Source of the DNA: Eledone cirrhosa
Lineage: Eukaryota
DNA length: 64,000 bases
Assembly (NCBI GenBank): GCA_964016885.1
Contig: OZ024757.1
Coordinates: forward strand, 35,030,001-35,094,000
Direction: 5' to 3'
Shown here in pieces: positions 38,202-52,277 of this stretch (position 1 is its first letter; each line of letters starts with the position of its first letter). A program made the translations under genes and the position numbers. The notes beneath the pieces were generated by a model, which did not search any database, was not told where the DNA came from, and saw only the letters and a program-made list of their open reading frames with translations.

Positions 38202-40293
38202 AGAGAGATGAAACAAGTGAGGGATTAGAGAGAGATGAAACAAGTGAGGGATTAGAGTGTTGAAACAAGAGAGAGAGAGGAAGAGTGAGTTAGAGCGAAA
38301 TCAAACGAGAGAGAGCGAGATGAAATGAGAGAGTGAGAGCGAGATGAAACGAGAGAGAGAGAGAGAGCGAGATGAAATGAGAGAGAGAGAGAGCGAGATG
38401 AAATGAGAGAGAGAGAGCGAGATGAAACGAGACAGAGAGAGCGGGATGAAACGAGACAGAGAGAGCGAGAGCGAGATGAAACGAGACAGAGAGAGCGAGA
38501 TGAAACGAGAGAGAGAGAGAGAGCGAGATGAAATGAGAGAGAGAGAGCGAGATGAAATGAGAGAGAGAGAGCGAGATGTAACGAGAGAGTGAGAGCGAGA
38601 TGGAACGAGACAGAGAGAGCGAGAAGAAACGAGAGTGGGAGAGCTAGATGAAACGAGAGAGAGAGGAAACGAGAGAGAGAGGAAACGAGAGAGACGAAAC
38701 GAGAGAGAGGAAACGAGAGTAGAGAGCGAGATGAAACAGGAGAGAGAGAGCGAGATGAAACAGGAGAGAGAGAGCGAGATGAAACGAGAGGGAGAGAGAG
38801 ATGAAACGAGAGAGCGAGAGAGAGATAGAGGGAGATGAAACGACAGAGAGAGAGACAGATGAAACGAGGGAGATAGAGATGAAACGAGAGAGAGAGATGA
38901 AACTAGAGAGAGGAAGAGAGATATGAAACGAGAGAGAGGAAGAGATTGATGGAACGAGAGAGAGGAAGACAGAGATGAAACGAGAGAGAGAGAGAGCAAG
39001 ATGAAACGAGAGAGAGAGATGAAACGAGAGAGAGGAAGAGAGAGATGGAACGAGAGAGAGGAAGACAGAGATGAAACGAGAGAGAGAGAGATTGAGATGA
39101 AACGAGAGAGTGAGAGCTAGATGAAACGAGAGAGAGAGGAAACGAGAGAGAGAGGAAACGAGAGAGAGAGGAAACGAGAGAGAGGAAACGAGAGTAGAGA
39201 GCAAGAGGAAACAGGAGAGAGAGAGAGCGAGGTGAAACCGGAGAGAGAGAGCGAGATGAAACGAGAGGGAGGGAGAGATGAAACGAGAGAGTGATAGCTA
39301 GATGAAACGAGAGTGAGAGGAATAGAGAGATGGAACGAGAGAGAGGAAGACAGATATGAAACGAGAGAGAGAGAGAGCGAGATGAAACGAGAGAGAGGAA
39401 GAGAGAGAGCGCGAGATGAAATGAGAGAGAGAGAGAGCGAGATGAAACGAGAGAGAGGAAGAGAGAGAGCGCGAGATGAAAAGAGAGAGAGAGAAAGCGA
39501 GATGAAAAGAGAGAGAGGAAGAGAGAGAGCGCGAGATGAAACGAGAGAGAGAGAGCGAGATGAAATGAGAGAGTGAGGGTGAGATGAAACGAGAGAGAGA
39601 GAGAGATAGCGAGATGAAATGAGAGAGAGAGAGCGAGATGAAATGAGAGAGAGAGAGAGCGAGATGAAACGAGACAGAGAAAGCGGGATGAAACGAGACA
39701 GAGAGATCGAGAGGAAATGAGAGACAGAGAGAGCGAGATGAAACGAGAGAGTGAGAGCGGGATGGAACGAGACAGAGAGAGCGAGATGAAACGAGAGAGT
39801 GAGGAAACGAGAGAGAGAGGAAACGAGACAGAGGAAACGAGAGAGAGGAAACGAGAGTAGAGAGCGAGATGAAACAGGAGAGAGAGAGACCGAGATAAAA
39901 CAGGAGAGAGAGAGAGCGAGATGAAACGAGAGGGAGGGAGAGATGAAACGAGAGAGCGAGAGAGAGATAGAGGGAGATGAAACGACAGAGAGAGAGACAG
40001 ATGAAAAGAGGGAGATAGATATGAAACGAGAGGGAGGGAGAGATGAAACGAGAGAGGGAGAGAGAGATAGAGGGAGATGAAACGACAGAGAGAGAGACAG
40101 ATGAAACGAGGGAGATAGAGATGAAACGAGAGAGGAAGAGAGAGATGGAACGAGAGAGAGGAAGAGAGAGATGAAACGAGAGAGAGGAAGACAGAGATGA
40201 ATAGAGAGAGAGAGAGAGCGAGATGAAACGAGAGAGAGGAAGAGAGAGAGCGCGAGATGAAACGAGAGAGAGAGAGCGCGAGATGAAACTCTG

Positions 40294-40792
40294 TCATGTA
40301 ATGTTATGGACATATCTGCCCTTGGGGCTAATAATTGTCATGTAATGTTATGGACGTCTCTGCCCCTGTGGCTAATAAATCAGAATTATTAGCCACAGGG
40401 GCAGAGATGTCCATAACATTACATGTCAGAATTATTAGCCACAGGGGCAGAGATGTCCATAACATTACATGTCAGAATTATTAGCCACAGGGACAGAGAT
40501 GTCCATAACATTACATGTCAGAATTATTAGCCAGAGGGGCAGAGATGTCCATAACATTACATGTCAGAATTATTAGCCACAGGGGCAGAGATGTCCATAA
40601 CATTACATGACAGATTTATTAGCCACAGGGGCAGAGATGTCCATAACACTACATGTCAGAATTATTAGCCACAGGGGCAGAGATGTCCATAACATTACAT
40701 TACATAATTATTAGCCACAGGGGCAGAGATGTCCATAACATTACATGACAATTATTAGCCGCAAGGGCAGATATGTCCATAACATTACATGA
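40294..40792. repeat. Inverted 46-mer arrays forming palindrome centre 2 (spacer 40379-40385)
   Basis: Same junction as centre 1; left side only 2 units. Confidence 0.95.
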
Positions 40793-41454
40793 CAGACTTT
40801 CATCTCGCGCTCTCTCTCTCTCGTTTCATCTCGCGCTCTCTCTCTTCCTCTCTCTCGTTTCATCTCGCGTTAACTCTCTTCCTCTCTCTCGTTTCATCTC
40901 GCTCTCTCTCTCTCGTTTCATCTCTGTCTTCCTCTCTCTCGTTCCATCTCTCTCTTCCTCTCTCTCGTTCCATCTCTCTCTTCCTCTCTCTCGTTTCATC
41001 TCTCTCTCTCTCTGTCGTTTCATCTCCCTCTAACTCTCTCTCGCTCTCTCATTTCATCTCTCTCTCCCTCTCGTTTCATCTCGCTCTCTCTCTCCTGTTT
41101 CATCTCGCTCTCTCTCTCCTGTTTCATCTCGCTCTCTACTCTCGTTTCCTCTCTCATATCCTCTCTCTCGTTTCCTCTCTCTCTCGTTTCCTCTAGCTCT
41201 CACTCTCTCGTTTCATCTCGCTCTCTCTCTCTCATTTCATCTCGCTCTCTCTCTCTCATTTCATCTCGCTCTCTCTGTCTCGTTTCATTTCGCTCTCTCT
41301 CTCTCTCATTTCATCTCGCTATCTCTATCTCGTTTCATCCCGCTCTCTCTGTCTCGTTTCATCTCGCTCTCTCTCTCTCATTTCATCTCGCTCTCACTCT
41401 CTCATTTCATGTCGCTCTCTCTCTCGTTTGATCTCGCTCTCACTCTCTCTTCCT

Positions 41455-41498
41455 CAACTATTAGCCCCTAGGGCAGATATGTCCATAACATTAATTGA
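41455..41498 (+). repeat. Solo 44-bp terminal variant
   Basis: Counterpart of 19721-19764. Confidence 0.9.
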
Positions 41499-42326
41499 CA
41501 GACTTTCATCTGGCGCTCTCTCGTTTCATCTCTTCCTCTCTCTCGTTTCATCTCACTCTCTCTCTCTCTCGTTTCATCTCGCACTCTCTCTCTTCCTCTC
41601 TCTCGTTTTATCTTGCTCTCTCTCTCTCTCGTTTCATCTCTGTCTTCCTCTCTCTCGTTCCATCTCTCTCTTCCTCTCTCTCGTTTCATCTCTCTCTCTC
41701 GTTTCATCTCTATCTCCCTCGTTTCATCTGTCTCTCTCTCTCTGTCGTTTCCTCTCCCTCTATCTCTCTCTCGCTCTCTCGTTTCATCTCTCTCTCCCTC
41801 TCGTTTCATCTCGCTCTCTCTCTCCTGTTTCATCTCGCTCTCTCTCCTGTTTCATCTCGCTCTCTACTCTCGTTTCCTCTCTCTCGTATCCTCTCTCTCG
41901 TTTCCTCTCTCTCTCGTTTCCTCTCTCTCTCGTTTCCTCTAGCTCTCACTCTCTCGTTTCATCTCGCTCTCTCTCTCTCATTTCATCTCGCTCTCTCTCT
42001 CTTGTTTCATCTCGCTCTCTCTGTCTCGTTTCATTTCGCTCTCTCTCTCTCTCATTTCATCTCGCTCTCTCTGTCTCGTTTCATCCCGCTCTCTCTGTCT
42101 CGTTTCATCTCGCTCTCTCTCTCTCATTTCATCTCGCTCTCTCTCTCTCATTTCATCTCGCTCTCTCTCTCTCGTTTCATCTCGCTCTCACTCTCTCATT
42201 TCATCTCGCTCTCTCTCTCTCGTTTGATCTCGCTCTCACTCTCTCTTCCTCTTTCTCTCTTGTTTCAACACTTTAATCCCTCACTTGTTTCATCTCTCTC
42301 TAATCCCTCACTTGTTTCATCTCTCT

Positions 42327-42692
42327 CAGAATTATTAGCCACAGGGGCAGAGATGTCCATAACTTTACATGTCACAATTATTAGCCACAGGGGCAGAGAT
42401 GTCCATAACATTACATGTCAGAATTATTAGCCACAGGGGCAGAGATGTCCATAACATTACATGACAGATTTATTAGCCACAGGGGCAGAGATGCCCATAA
42501 CATTACATGACGAATTTATTAGCCACAGGGGCAGAGATGTCCATAATATTACATGACAGAATTATTAGCCACAGGGGCAGAGATGGCCATAACATTACAT
42601 GACAGAATTATTAGCCACAGGGGCAGAGATGTCCATAACATTACATGACAATTATTAGCCCCTAGGGCAGATATGTCCATAACATTACTTGA
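42327..42692 (+). repeat. 46-bp minisatellite array (8 units)
   Basis: Counterpart of 20577-20942. Confidence 0.95.
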
Positions 42693-43520
42693 CAGACTTT
42701 CATCTGGCGCTCTCTCGTTTCATCTCTTCCTCTCTCTCGTTTCATCTCACTCTCTCTCTCTCTCGTTTCATCTCGCACTCTCTCTCTTCCTCTCTCTCGT
42801 TTTATCTTGCTCTCTCTCTCTCTCGTTTCATCTCTGTCTTCCTCTCTCTCGTTCCATCTCTCTCTTCCTCTCTCTCGTTTCATCTCTCTCTCTCGTTTCA
42901 TCTCTATCTCCCTCGTATCATCTGTCTCTCTCTCTGTCGTTTCCTCTCCCTCTATCTCTCTCTCGCTCTCTCGTTTCATCTCTTTCTCCCTCTCGTTTCA
43001 TCTCGCTCTCTCTCTCCTGTTTCATCTCGCTCTCTCTCTCTCCTGTTTCATCTCGCTCTCTACTCTCGTTTCCTCTCTCTCGTATCCTCTCTCTCGTTTC
43101 CTCTCTCTCTCGTTTCCTCTCTCTCTCGTTTCCTCTAGCTCTCACTCTCTCGTTTCATCTCGCTCTCTCTCTCTCATTTCATCTCGCTCTCTCTCTCTCG
43201 TTTCATCTCGCTCTCTCTGTCTCGTTTCATTTCGCTCTCTCTCTCTCTCATTTCATCTCGCTCTCTCTGTCTCGTTTCCTCCCGCTCTCTCTGTCTCGTT
43301 TCATCTCGCTCTCTCTCTCTCATTTCATCTCGCTCTCTCTCTCTCATTTCATCTCGCTCTCTCTCTCTCGTTTCATCTCGCTCTCACTCTCTCATTTCAT
43401 CTCGCTCTCTCTCTCGTTTGATCTCGCTCTCACTCTCTCTTCCTCTCTCTCTCTTGTTTCAACACTCTAATCCCTCACTTGTTTCATCTCTCTCTTATCC
43501 CTCACTTGTTTCATCTCTCT

Positions 43521-43794
43521 CAGAATTATTAGCCACAGGGGCAGAGATGTCCATAACATTACATGTCAGAATTATTAGCCACAGGGGCAGAGATGTCCAT
43601 AACATTACATGACAGATTTATTAGCCACAGAGGCAGAGATGTCCATAACATTACATGACGAATTTATTAGCCACAGGGGCAGAGATGTCCATAACATTAC
43701 ATGACAGAATTATTAGCCACAGGGGCAGAGATGTCCATAACATTACATGACAATTATTAGCCCCAAGGGCAGATATGTCCATAACATTACATGA
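43521..43794 (+). repeat. 46-bp minisatellite array (6 units)
   Basis: Counterpart of 21771-22044. Confidence 0.95.
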
Positions 43795-44958
43795 CAGACT
43801 TACATCTCACGCTCTCTCTCTCTCGTTTCATCTCGCGTTCTCTCTCTTCTTCTCTCTCGTTTCATCTCGCTCTCTCTCTCTCGTTTCATCTCACGCTCTC
43901 TCTCTTCTTCTCTCTCGTTTCATCTCGCTCTCTCTCTCTCTCGTTTCAACTTTGTCTTCCTCTCTCTCGTTTCATCTCTCTCTTCCTCTCTCTCTCGTTC
44001 CATCTCTCTCTCGTTTCATCTAGCTCTCACTCTCTCGTTTCATCTCGCTCTCTCTGTCTCGTTCCATCTCGCTCTCTCTCTCTCGTTTCATCTCTATCTC
44101 CCTCGTTTCATCTGTCTCTCTCTCTGTCGTTTCATCTCCCTCTATCTCTCTCTCGCTCTCTCGTTTCATCTCTACCTCCCTCTCGTTTCATCTCGCTCTC
44201 TCACTCCTGTTTCATCTCGCTCTCTCTCTCCTGTTTAATCTCGCTCTCTACTCTCGTTCCATCTCTCTCTCGTTTCATCTAGCTCTCACTCTCTCGTTTC
44301 ATCTCGATCTCTCTGTCTCGTTTCATCCCGCTCTCTCTCTCTCGTTTCATCTCACTCTCACTCTCTCATTTCATCTCGCTCTCTCTCTCTCGTTTCATCT
44401 CGCGCTCTCTCTCTTCCTCTCTCTCGTTTCATCTCTCTCTCTCTCTCTCTCGTTTCATCTCTGTCTTCCTCTCTCTCGTTCCATCTCTCTCTTCCTGTCT
44501 CTCGTTCCATCTCTCTCTTCCTCTCTCTCGTTTCATCTCTATCTCCCTCGTTTCATCTGTCTCTCTCTCTGTCGTTTCATCTCCCTCTATCTCTCTCTCG
44601 CTCTCTCGTTTCATCTCTCTCTCCCTCTCGTTTCATCTCGCTCTCTCTCTCCTGTTTCATCTCGCTCTCTACTCTCGTTTCCTCTCTCTCGTTTCCTCTC
44701 TCTCCTTTCCTCTCTCTCTCGTTTCCTCTCTCTCTCGTTTCATCTAGCTCTCACTCTCTCGTTTCATCTCGCTCTCTCTCTCTCATTTCATCTCGCTCTC
44801 TCTCTCTCATTTCATCTCGCTCTCTCTCTCTCGTTTCATCTCGCTCTCACTCTCTCATTTCATCTCGCTCTCTCTCTCTCGTTTGATCTCGCTCTCACTC
44901 TCTCTTCCTCTCTCTCTCTTGTTTCAACACTCTAATCCCTCACTTGTTTCATCTCTCT

Positions 44959-45276
44959 CAGATTTATTAGCCACAGGGGCAGAGATGTCCATAACATTAC
45001 ATGACGAATTTATTAGCCACAGGGGCAGAGATGTCCATAACATTACATGACAGAATTATTAGCCACAGGGGCAGAGATGTCCATAACATTACATGACATA
45101 ATTATTAGCCACAGGGGCAGAGATCTCCATAACATTACATGACAGAATTATTAGCCACAGGGGCAGAGATGTACATAACATTACATGACAATTATTAGCC
45201 CCAAGGGCAGATATGTCCATAACATTACATGACAATTATTAGCCCCAAGGGCAGATATGTCCATAACATTACATGA
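44959..45276 (+). repeat. 46-bp minisatellite array (7 units)
   Basis: Counterpart of 23209-23526. Confidence 0.95.
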
Positions 45277-46716
45277 CAGACTTTCATCTCGCGCTCTCTC
45301 TCTCTCGTTTCATCTCGCCCTCTCTCTCTTCCTCTCTCTCGTTTCATCTCGCTCTCTCTCTCTCTCGTTTCATCTCGCGCTCTCTCTTTTCCTCTCTCTC
45401 GTTTCATCTCGCTCTCTCTCTCTCGTTTCATCTTTGTCTTCCTCTCTCTCGTTCCATTTCTCTCTTCCTCTCTCTCTCGTTCCATCTCTCTCTCGTTTCA
45501 TCTCGCCCTCTCGTTTCATCTCTATCTCCCTCGTTTCATCTGTCTCTCTCTCTGTCGTTTCATCTCCCTCTATCTCTCTCTCGCTCTCTCGTTTCATCTC
45601 TCCCTCCCTCTCGTTTCATCTCGCTCTCTCACTCCTGTTTCATCTCGCTCTCTCTCTCCTGTTTCATCTCGCTCTCTACTCTCGTTCCATCTCTCTCTCG
45701 TTTCATCTAGCTCACTACTCTCGTTTCATCTCGCTCTCCCTGTCTCTCATTTCATCTCGATCTCTCTGTCTCGTTTCATCCCGCTCTTTCTGTCTCTTTT
45801 CATCTCGCTCTCTCTCTCTCATTTCATCTCGCTCTCTCTCTCTCGTTTCATCTCTCTCTCACTCTCTCATTTCATCTCGCGCTCTCTCTCTCTTCCTCTC
45901 TCTCGTTTCATCTCGCTCTCTCTCTCTCTCTCGTTTCATCACGCGCTCTCTCTCTTCCTCTCTCTCGTTTCATCTCGATCTCTCTCTCTGTCGTTTCATC
46001 TCTGTCTTCCTCTCTCTCGTTCCATCTCTCTCTTCCTCTCTCTCGTTCCATCTCTCTCTTCCTCTCTCTCGTTTCATCTCTCTCTCTCGTTTCATCTCTA
46101 TCTCCCTCGTTTCATCTGTCTCTCTCTATGTCGTTTCATCTCCCTCTATGTCTCTCTCGCTCTCTCGTTTCATCTCTCTCTCCCTCTCGTTTCATCTCGC
46201 ACTCTCTCTCCTGTTTCATCTCGCTCTCTCTCTCTCCTGTTTCATCTCGCTCTCTACTCTCGTTTCCTCTCTCTCGTTTCCTCTCTCTCATTTCCTCTCT
46301 CTCTCGTTTCCTCTCTCTCTCGTTTCATGTAGCTCTCACTCTCTCGTTTCATCTCGCTCTCTCTCTCTCATTTCATCTCGCTCTCTCTCTCTCATTTCAT
46401 CTCGCTGTCTCTGTCTCGTTTCATCTCGCTCTCTCTGTCTCTCATTTCATCTCGCTCTCTCTGTCTCGTTTCATCCCGCTCTCTCTGTCTCGTTTCCTCT
46501 CGCTCTCTCTCTCTCATTTCATCTCACTCTCTCTCTCTCATTTCATCTCGCTCTCTCTCTCTCGTTTCATCTCGCTCTCACTCTCTCATTTCATCTCGCT
46601 CTCTCTCTCTCGTTTGATCTCGCTCTCACTCTCTCTTCCTCTCTCTCTCTTGTTTCAACACTTTAATCCCTCACTTGTTTCATCTCTCTCTAATCCCTCA
46701 CTTGTTTCATCTCTCT

Positions 46717-47038
46717 CAGAATTATTAGCCACAGGGGCAGAGATGTCCATAACGTTACATGTCAGAATTATTAGCCACAGGGGCAGAGATGTCCATAACA
46801 TTACATGTCAGAATTATTAGCCACAGGGGCAGAGATGTCCATAACACTACATGACAGATTTATTAGCCACAGGGGCAGAGATGTCCATAACATTACATGA
46901 CGAATTTATTAGCCACAGGGGCAGAGATGTCCATAACATTACATGACAGAATTATTAGCCACAGGGGCAGAGATGGCCATAACATTACATGACAGAATTA
47001 TTAGCCACAGGGGCAGATATGTCCATAACATTACATGA
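46717..47038 (+). repeat. 46-bp minisatellite array (7 units)
   Basis: Counterpart of 24971-25292. Confidence 0.95.
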
Positions 47039-47707
47039 CAGACTTTCATCTCGCGCTCTCTCGTTTCATCTCGCTCTCTCTCTCTTCCTCTCTCTCGTTT
47101 CATCTCACTCTCTCTCTTTCTCGTTTCATCTCGCACTCTCTCTCTTCCTCTCTCTCGTTTTATCTTGCTCTCTCTCTCTCTCGTTTCATCTCTGTCTTCC
47201 TCTCTCTCGTTCCATCTCTCTCTTCCTCTCTCTCGTTTCATCTCTCTCTCTCGTTTCAACTCTATCTCCCTCGTTTCATCTGTCTCTCTCTCTGTCGTTT
47301 CATCTCCCTCTATCTCTCTCTCGCTCTCTCGTTTCATCTCTCTCTCCCTCTCGTTTCATCTCGCTCTCTCTCTCCTGTTTCATCTCGCTCTCTACTCTCG
47401 TTTCCTCTCTCTCGTATCCTCTCTCTCGTTTCCTCTCTCTCTCGTTTCCTCTCTCTCTCGTTTCCTCTAGCTCTCTCTGTCTCGTTTCATCCCGCTCTCT
47501 CTGTCTCGTTTCATCTCGCTCTCTCTCTCTCATTTCATCTCGCTCTCTCTCTCTCATTTCATCTCGCTCTCTCTCTCTCGTTTCATCTCGCTCTCACTCT
47601 CTCATTTCATCTCGCTCTCTCTCTCTCTCGTTTGATCTCGCTCTCACTCTCTTTTCCTCTCTCTCTCTTGTTTCAACACTCTAATCCCTCACTTGTTTCA
47701 TCTCTCT

Positions 47708-48073
47708 CAGAATTATTAGCCACAGGGGCAGAGATGTCCATAACATTACATGTCAGAATTATTAGCCACAGGGGCAGAGATGTCCATAACATTACTTGAC
47801 AGTTTTATTAGCCACAGGGGCAGAGATGTCCATAACATTACATGACGAATTTATTAGCCACAGGGGCAGAGATGTCCATAACATTACATGACAGAATTAT
47901 TAGCCACAGGGGCAGAGATGTCCATAACATTACATGACATAATTATTAGCCACAGGGGCAGAGATGTCCATAACATTACATGACAGAATTATTAGCCACA
48001 GGGGCAGATATGTCCATAACATTACATGACAATTATTAGCCCCAAGGGCAGATATGTCCATAACATTACATGA
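47708..48073 (+). repeat. 46-bp minisatellite array (8 units)
   Basis: Counterpart of 25978-26343. Confidence 0.95.
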
Positions 48074-49211
48074 CAGACTTACATCTCAAGCTCTCTCTCT
48101 CTCGTTTCATCTCGCGCTCTCTCTCTTCCTCTCTCTCGTTTCATCTCGCTCTCTCTCTCTCTCTTGTTTCATCTCGCGCTCTCTCTCTTCTTCTCTCTCG
48201 TTTCATCTCGCTCTCTCTGTCTCTCGTTTCAACTTTGTCTTCCTCTCTCTCGTTCCATCTCTCTCTTCCTCTCTCTCTCGTTCCATCTCTCTCTCGTTTC
48301 ATCTAGCTCTCACTCTCTCGTTTCATCTCGCTCTCTCTGTCTCGTTCCATCTCGCTCTCTCTCTCTCGTTTCATCTCTATCTCCCACGTTTCATCTGTCT
48401 CTCTCTCTGTCATTTCATCTCCCTCTATCTCTCTCTCGCTCTCCCGTTTCATCTCTACCTCCCTCTCGTTTCATCTCGCTCTCTCACTCCTGTTTCATCT
48501 CGCTCTCTCTCTCCTGTTTAATCTCGCTCTCTACTCTCGTTCCATCTCTCTCTCGTTTCATCTAGCTCTCACTCTCTCGTTTCATCTCGCTCTCTCTGTC
48601 TCTCATTTCATCTCGATCTCTCTGTCTCGTTTCATCCCGCTCTCTCTCTCTCGTTTCATCTCACTCTCACTCTCTCATTTCATCTCGCTCTCTCTCTCTC
48701 GTTTCATCTCGCGCTCTCTCTCTTCCTCTCTCTCGTTTCATCTCGCTCTCTCTCTCTCTCTCGTTTCATCACGCGTTCTCTCTCTTCCTCTCTCTCGTTT
48801 CATCTCTCTCTCTCGTTTCATCTCTATCTCCCTCGTTTCATCTGTCTCTCTCTCTGTCGTTTCATCTCCCTCTATCTCTCTCTCGCTCTCTCGTTTCATC
48901 TCTCTCTCCCTCTCGTTTCAACTCGCTCTCTCTCTCCTGTTTCATCTCGCTCTCTCTCTCTCCTGTTTCATCTCGCTCTCTACTCTCGTTTCCTCTCTCT
49001 CGTTTACTCTCTCTCGTTTCCTCTCTCTCTCGTTTCCTCTCTCTCTCGTTTCATTTAGCTCTCACTCTCTCGTTTTATCTCGCTCTCTCTCTCTCATTTC
49101 ATCTCGCTCTCTCTCTCTCGTTTCCATAGAAAAGGTAAAGAAAAGAAGAATGCTCTATGTATTGTACAGAGCTATTTAATTACATAATAAACAACAGAAT
49201 ATAATTATTCC

Positions 49212-49978
49212 ATGCAAATAGACTTAGAATGGAAAACATTCAGACAGAGAAGAATGGATAATGAGCGTCGTAAGAGAAATTGGCCAACAATTAATATTAA
49301 TGGAAATGTAGAAGAATTTCATATTAGTGATATGAATGTTTCGTGTGATCACTGTGGAGCTTTGAAATTTAGAAATGAAAATTGTAACTGTTGTAATAAA
49401 GGAAAGGTTGTGTTGCCACCATTGCAAATATACCCCGAGAGACTGAGAAATCTCTTTGAAAGAGGCCAGGAAGCAGTTGATTTCACAGAAACATCTGCAA
49501 TTAAAACTACATTTATTTCACTTCATTTGGTGTTACCACCCGGCAGATGCCCGTATAGCTTTCATATTCAGAGTCAAACATATCACTACACCCCCATCTC
49601 TGTAACCTGCAGAAAATACACCACAATATGGCCAGTTATATATTATTGATGGGAACGAAGGTATGTAGCACAGATTGGAAGTACAACCAAATAATTGTTT
49701 CTGGCACAAGGCCAGCAATTACTGGTACTTTATTCTATCGACCTCATAAGGATGAAAACAAAGTCAACCTTGGAGGGATTTGAACCCAGAACGTAAATGG
49801 CCATAACCCTATGCTGTAAAGCATGGTGTCTGGCGCTCTACCGATACTGCCAATCCACTGCCCTAGTACCAACAAATAATGACTGCTCACCACAAAAAAT
49901 GGCTATGATAAGAGAAGTGTTGCATGAATGTAATCCATATGTCGAAGTGTACAATACAATGCATGGCATCACAAATGA
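49212..49978 (+). pseudogene. Decayed Helitron Rep/Helicase N-terminal fragment, copy 3
   Basis: Same motifs and lesions as copies 1 and 2. Confidence 0.85.
49696..49864 (-). mobile_element. tRNA-derived SINE-A, copy 3
   Basis: A- and B-box-like motifs intact as in copy 1. Confidence 0.85.
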
Positions 49979-50521
49979 ATATATATATATACTACTAAAG
50001 TGTATGTAAAATTTTAAAATAAATACTTAAATTCAATTTGTATAATTACACATACAATATGTTTTGTTGTAAAACCCTAAATAATGATTTAAGAAATGAT
50101 GTCAATCTCTTTGTACAGAGAAAAACAATTTATATATATGCATTGTGTGCGCGTGTATACTCCATTTAAGACAGTGAAAAACCTAGTACCTCCTTCAAAG
50201 AATGCCAAATAGTTTATGCCTAAGGTGTAACACTAATTAAGTTACCGGTGTAGATATTTCAGTTGAACCCTGCTTCAAACATGCATATTATTATTATATA
50301 TTTTCAAACACACTTACATACATTATATTTATACACATAGAAATAATAAGTTAAAACTAAAGTATAATGATATAACAACAGTATATAATAGTTTTCTTCA
50401 CTTTATTGAGATGCAATCGTTTTAAAGAAAAAACATGACAGTATAAGAAATATTTAATATGATAACATAATATTTCAGGTAGGATGGTGGTTTCTCTATG
50501 ATGGTGGTTTCTCTTTGAACT

Positions 50522-50693
50522 AATAATTGTTTCTATTTTAGGCACAAGGTCAGTAATTAACCAGTACATTACTGGTACTTTATTTTATCGACCCCGTAAG
50601 GATGAAAGGCAAAGTTGACCTCGGATCGTAAAGGGACGTAACTATGCTGGAAAGCATGCCGTCAGACCCTCTACCGATACTGACAATTCACCA
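50522..50693 (-). mobile_element. SINE-B, copy 3
   Basis: Counterpart of 2981-3152. Confidence 0.8.
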
Positions 50694-51124
50694 TACAGTA
50701 TAATTATACAAATATGCATATAGATAGCAATATATATACACTAATATGTATGTACATATTTACACATATGTACATATATATAGGGAGAGAGAGAGACACA
50801 TGTATGTATATATATATACACATGCGTGTATGCATGTGTGTTTATGTACATTCTTCGGTATATATATCGGTATACACATTGGAGACACAGAGAGAGAGAG
50901 TTGAAACGAGAGGTGAGAGAGAGAGTTGAAACGAGGAGAGAGTTGAAACAAGGAGAGAGTTTAAACAAGAGGGTGAGGGGAGAGAGGAAGAGAGAGAGAG
51001 AGAGGAAGAGAGAGAGAGAGGAAGAGAGAGAGAGAGGGGAAGAGAGAGAGAGGGAGAGAAGGGGATGAAACAAGAGGGTGAGGGATGAAACAACAGAGAG
51101 AGGGGAGAGAAAGAGAGAGGGGAT

Positions 51125-51159
<35 letters not shown>

Positions 51160-51876
51160 ATTGAAACAAGAGAGAGATGAAACAAGTGAGGGATTAGAGA
51201 GAGATGAAACAAGTGAGGGATTAGAGTGTTGAAACAAGAGAGAGAGAGCGAGATGAAATGAGAGAAAGAGAGTGAGATGAAATGAGAGAGTGAGAGCGAG
51301 ATGAAACGAGACAGGGAGAGCGAGATGAAATGAGAGAGTGAGAGCGAGATGAAACGAGAGAGAGAGAGAGCGAGATGACACGAGACAGAGAGAGCGAGAT
51401 GAAATGAGAGAGAGAGAGAACGAGATGAAATGAGAGAGAGAGAGAGCGAGATGAAATGAGACATAGAGAGATGAAACGAGAGAGAGATGAAACGAGAAAG
51501 AGAGGAAACGAGAGAGTGGAAACAAGAGTAGAGAGCGAGATGAAACAGGAGTGAGAGAGCGAGATGAAACAGGAGAGAGAGAGCGAGATGAAACGAGAGG
51601 GAGAGAGAGATGAAACGAGAGAGCGAGAGAGAGATAGAGGGAAATGAAACGACAGAGAGAGAGACAGATGAAACGAGGGATATAGAGATGAAACGAGAGA
51701 GAGAGATGAAACGAGAGAGAGGAAGAGAGAGATAGAACGAGAGAGAGGAAGAGAGAGATGAAACGAGAGAGAGGAAGACAGAGGTGAAACGAGAGAGAGA
51801 GAGAGCGAGATGAAACGAGAGAGAGAGCGAGATGAAACGAGAGAGAGGAAGAGAGAGAGCGCGAGATGAAACTCTG

Positions 51877-52277
51877 TCATGGACATATCTGCCCCTGGGG
51901 CTAATAATTGTCATGTAATGTTATGGACATCTCTGCCCCTGTGGCTAATAATTCTGTCATGTAATGTTATGGACAACTCTGCCCCTGTGGCTGATAATTC
52001 TGTCATGTAATGTTATGGACATCTCTGCCCCTGTGGCTAATAATTCTGACATGTAATGTTATGGAATCTCTGCCCCTGTGGCTAATAAATCTGTCATGTA
52101 ATGTTACGGATATCTCTGCCCCTGTGGCTAATAAATCTGTCATGTAATGTTATGGACATCTCTGCCCCTGTGGCTAATAATTCTGACATGTAATGTTATG
52201 GACATCTCTGCCCCTGTGGCTAATAATTCTGACATGTAATGTTATGGACATCTCTGCCCCTGTGGCTAATAATTCTG
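51877..52277 (-). repeat. 46-bp minisatellite array (~9 units)
   Basis: Reverse 46-mers; first unit is a 44-type carrying the 10-bp deletion. Confidence 0.95.

Larger units (their letters stand above)
29168..40378 (-). repeat. GA-oriented satellite arm 2 (5 modules)
   Basis: Same module order as arm 1 minus two duplicated segments. Confidence 0.95.
40386..49123 (+). repeat. CT-oriented satellite arm 2
   Basis: Colinear with 18628-27393. Confidence 0.95.
49124..50881. repeat. AT-rich non-satellite block, copy 3
   Basis: Offset 21730 from copy 2. Confidence 0.95.
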
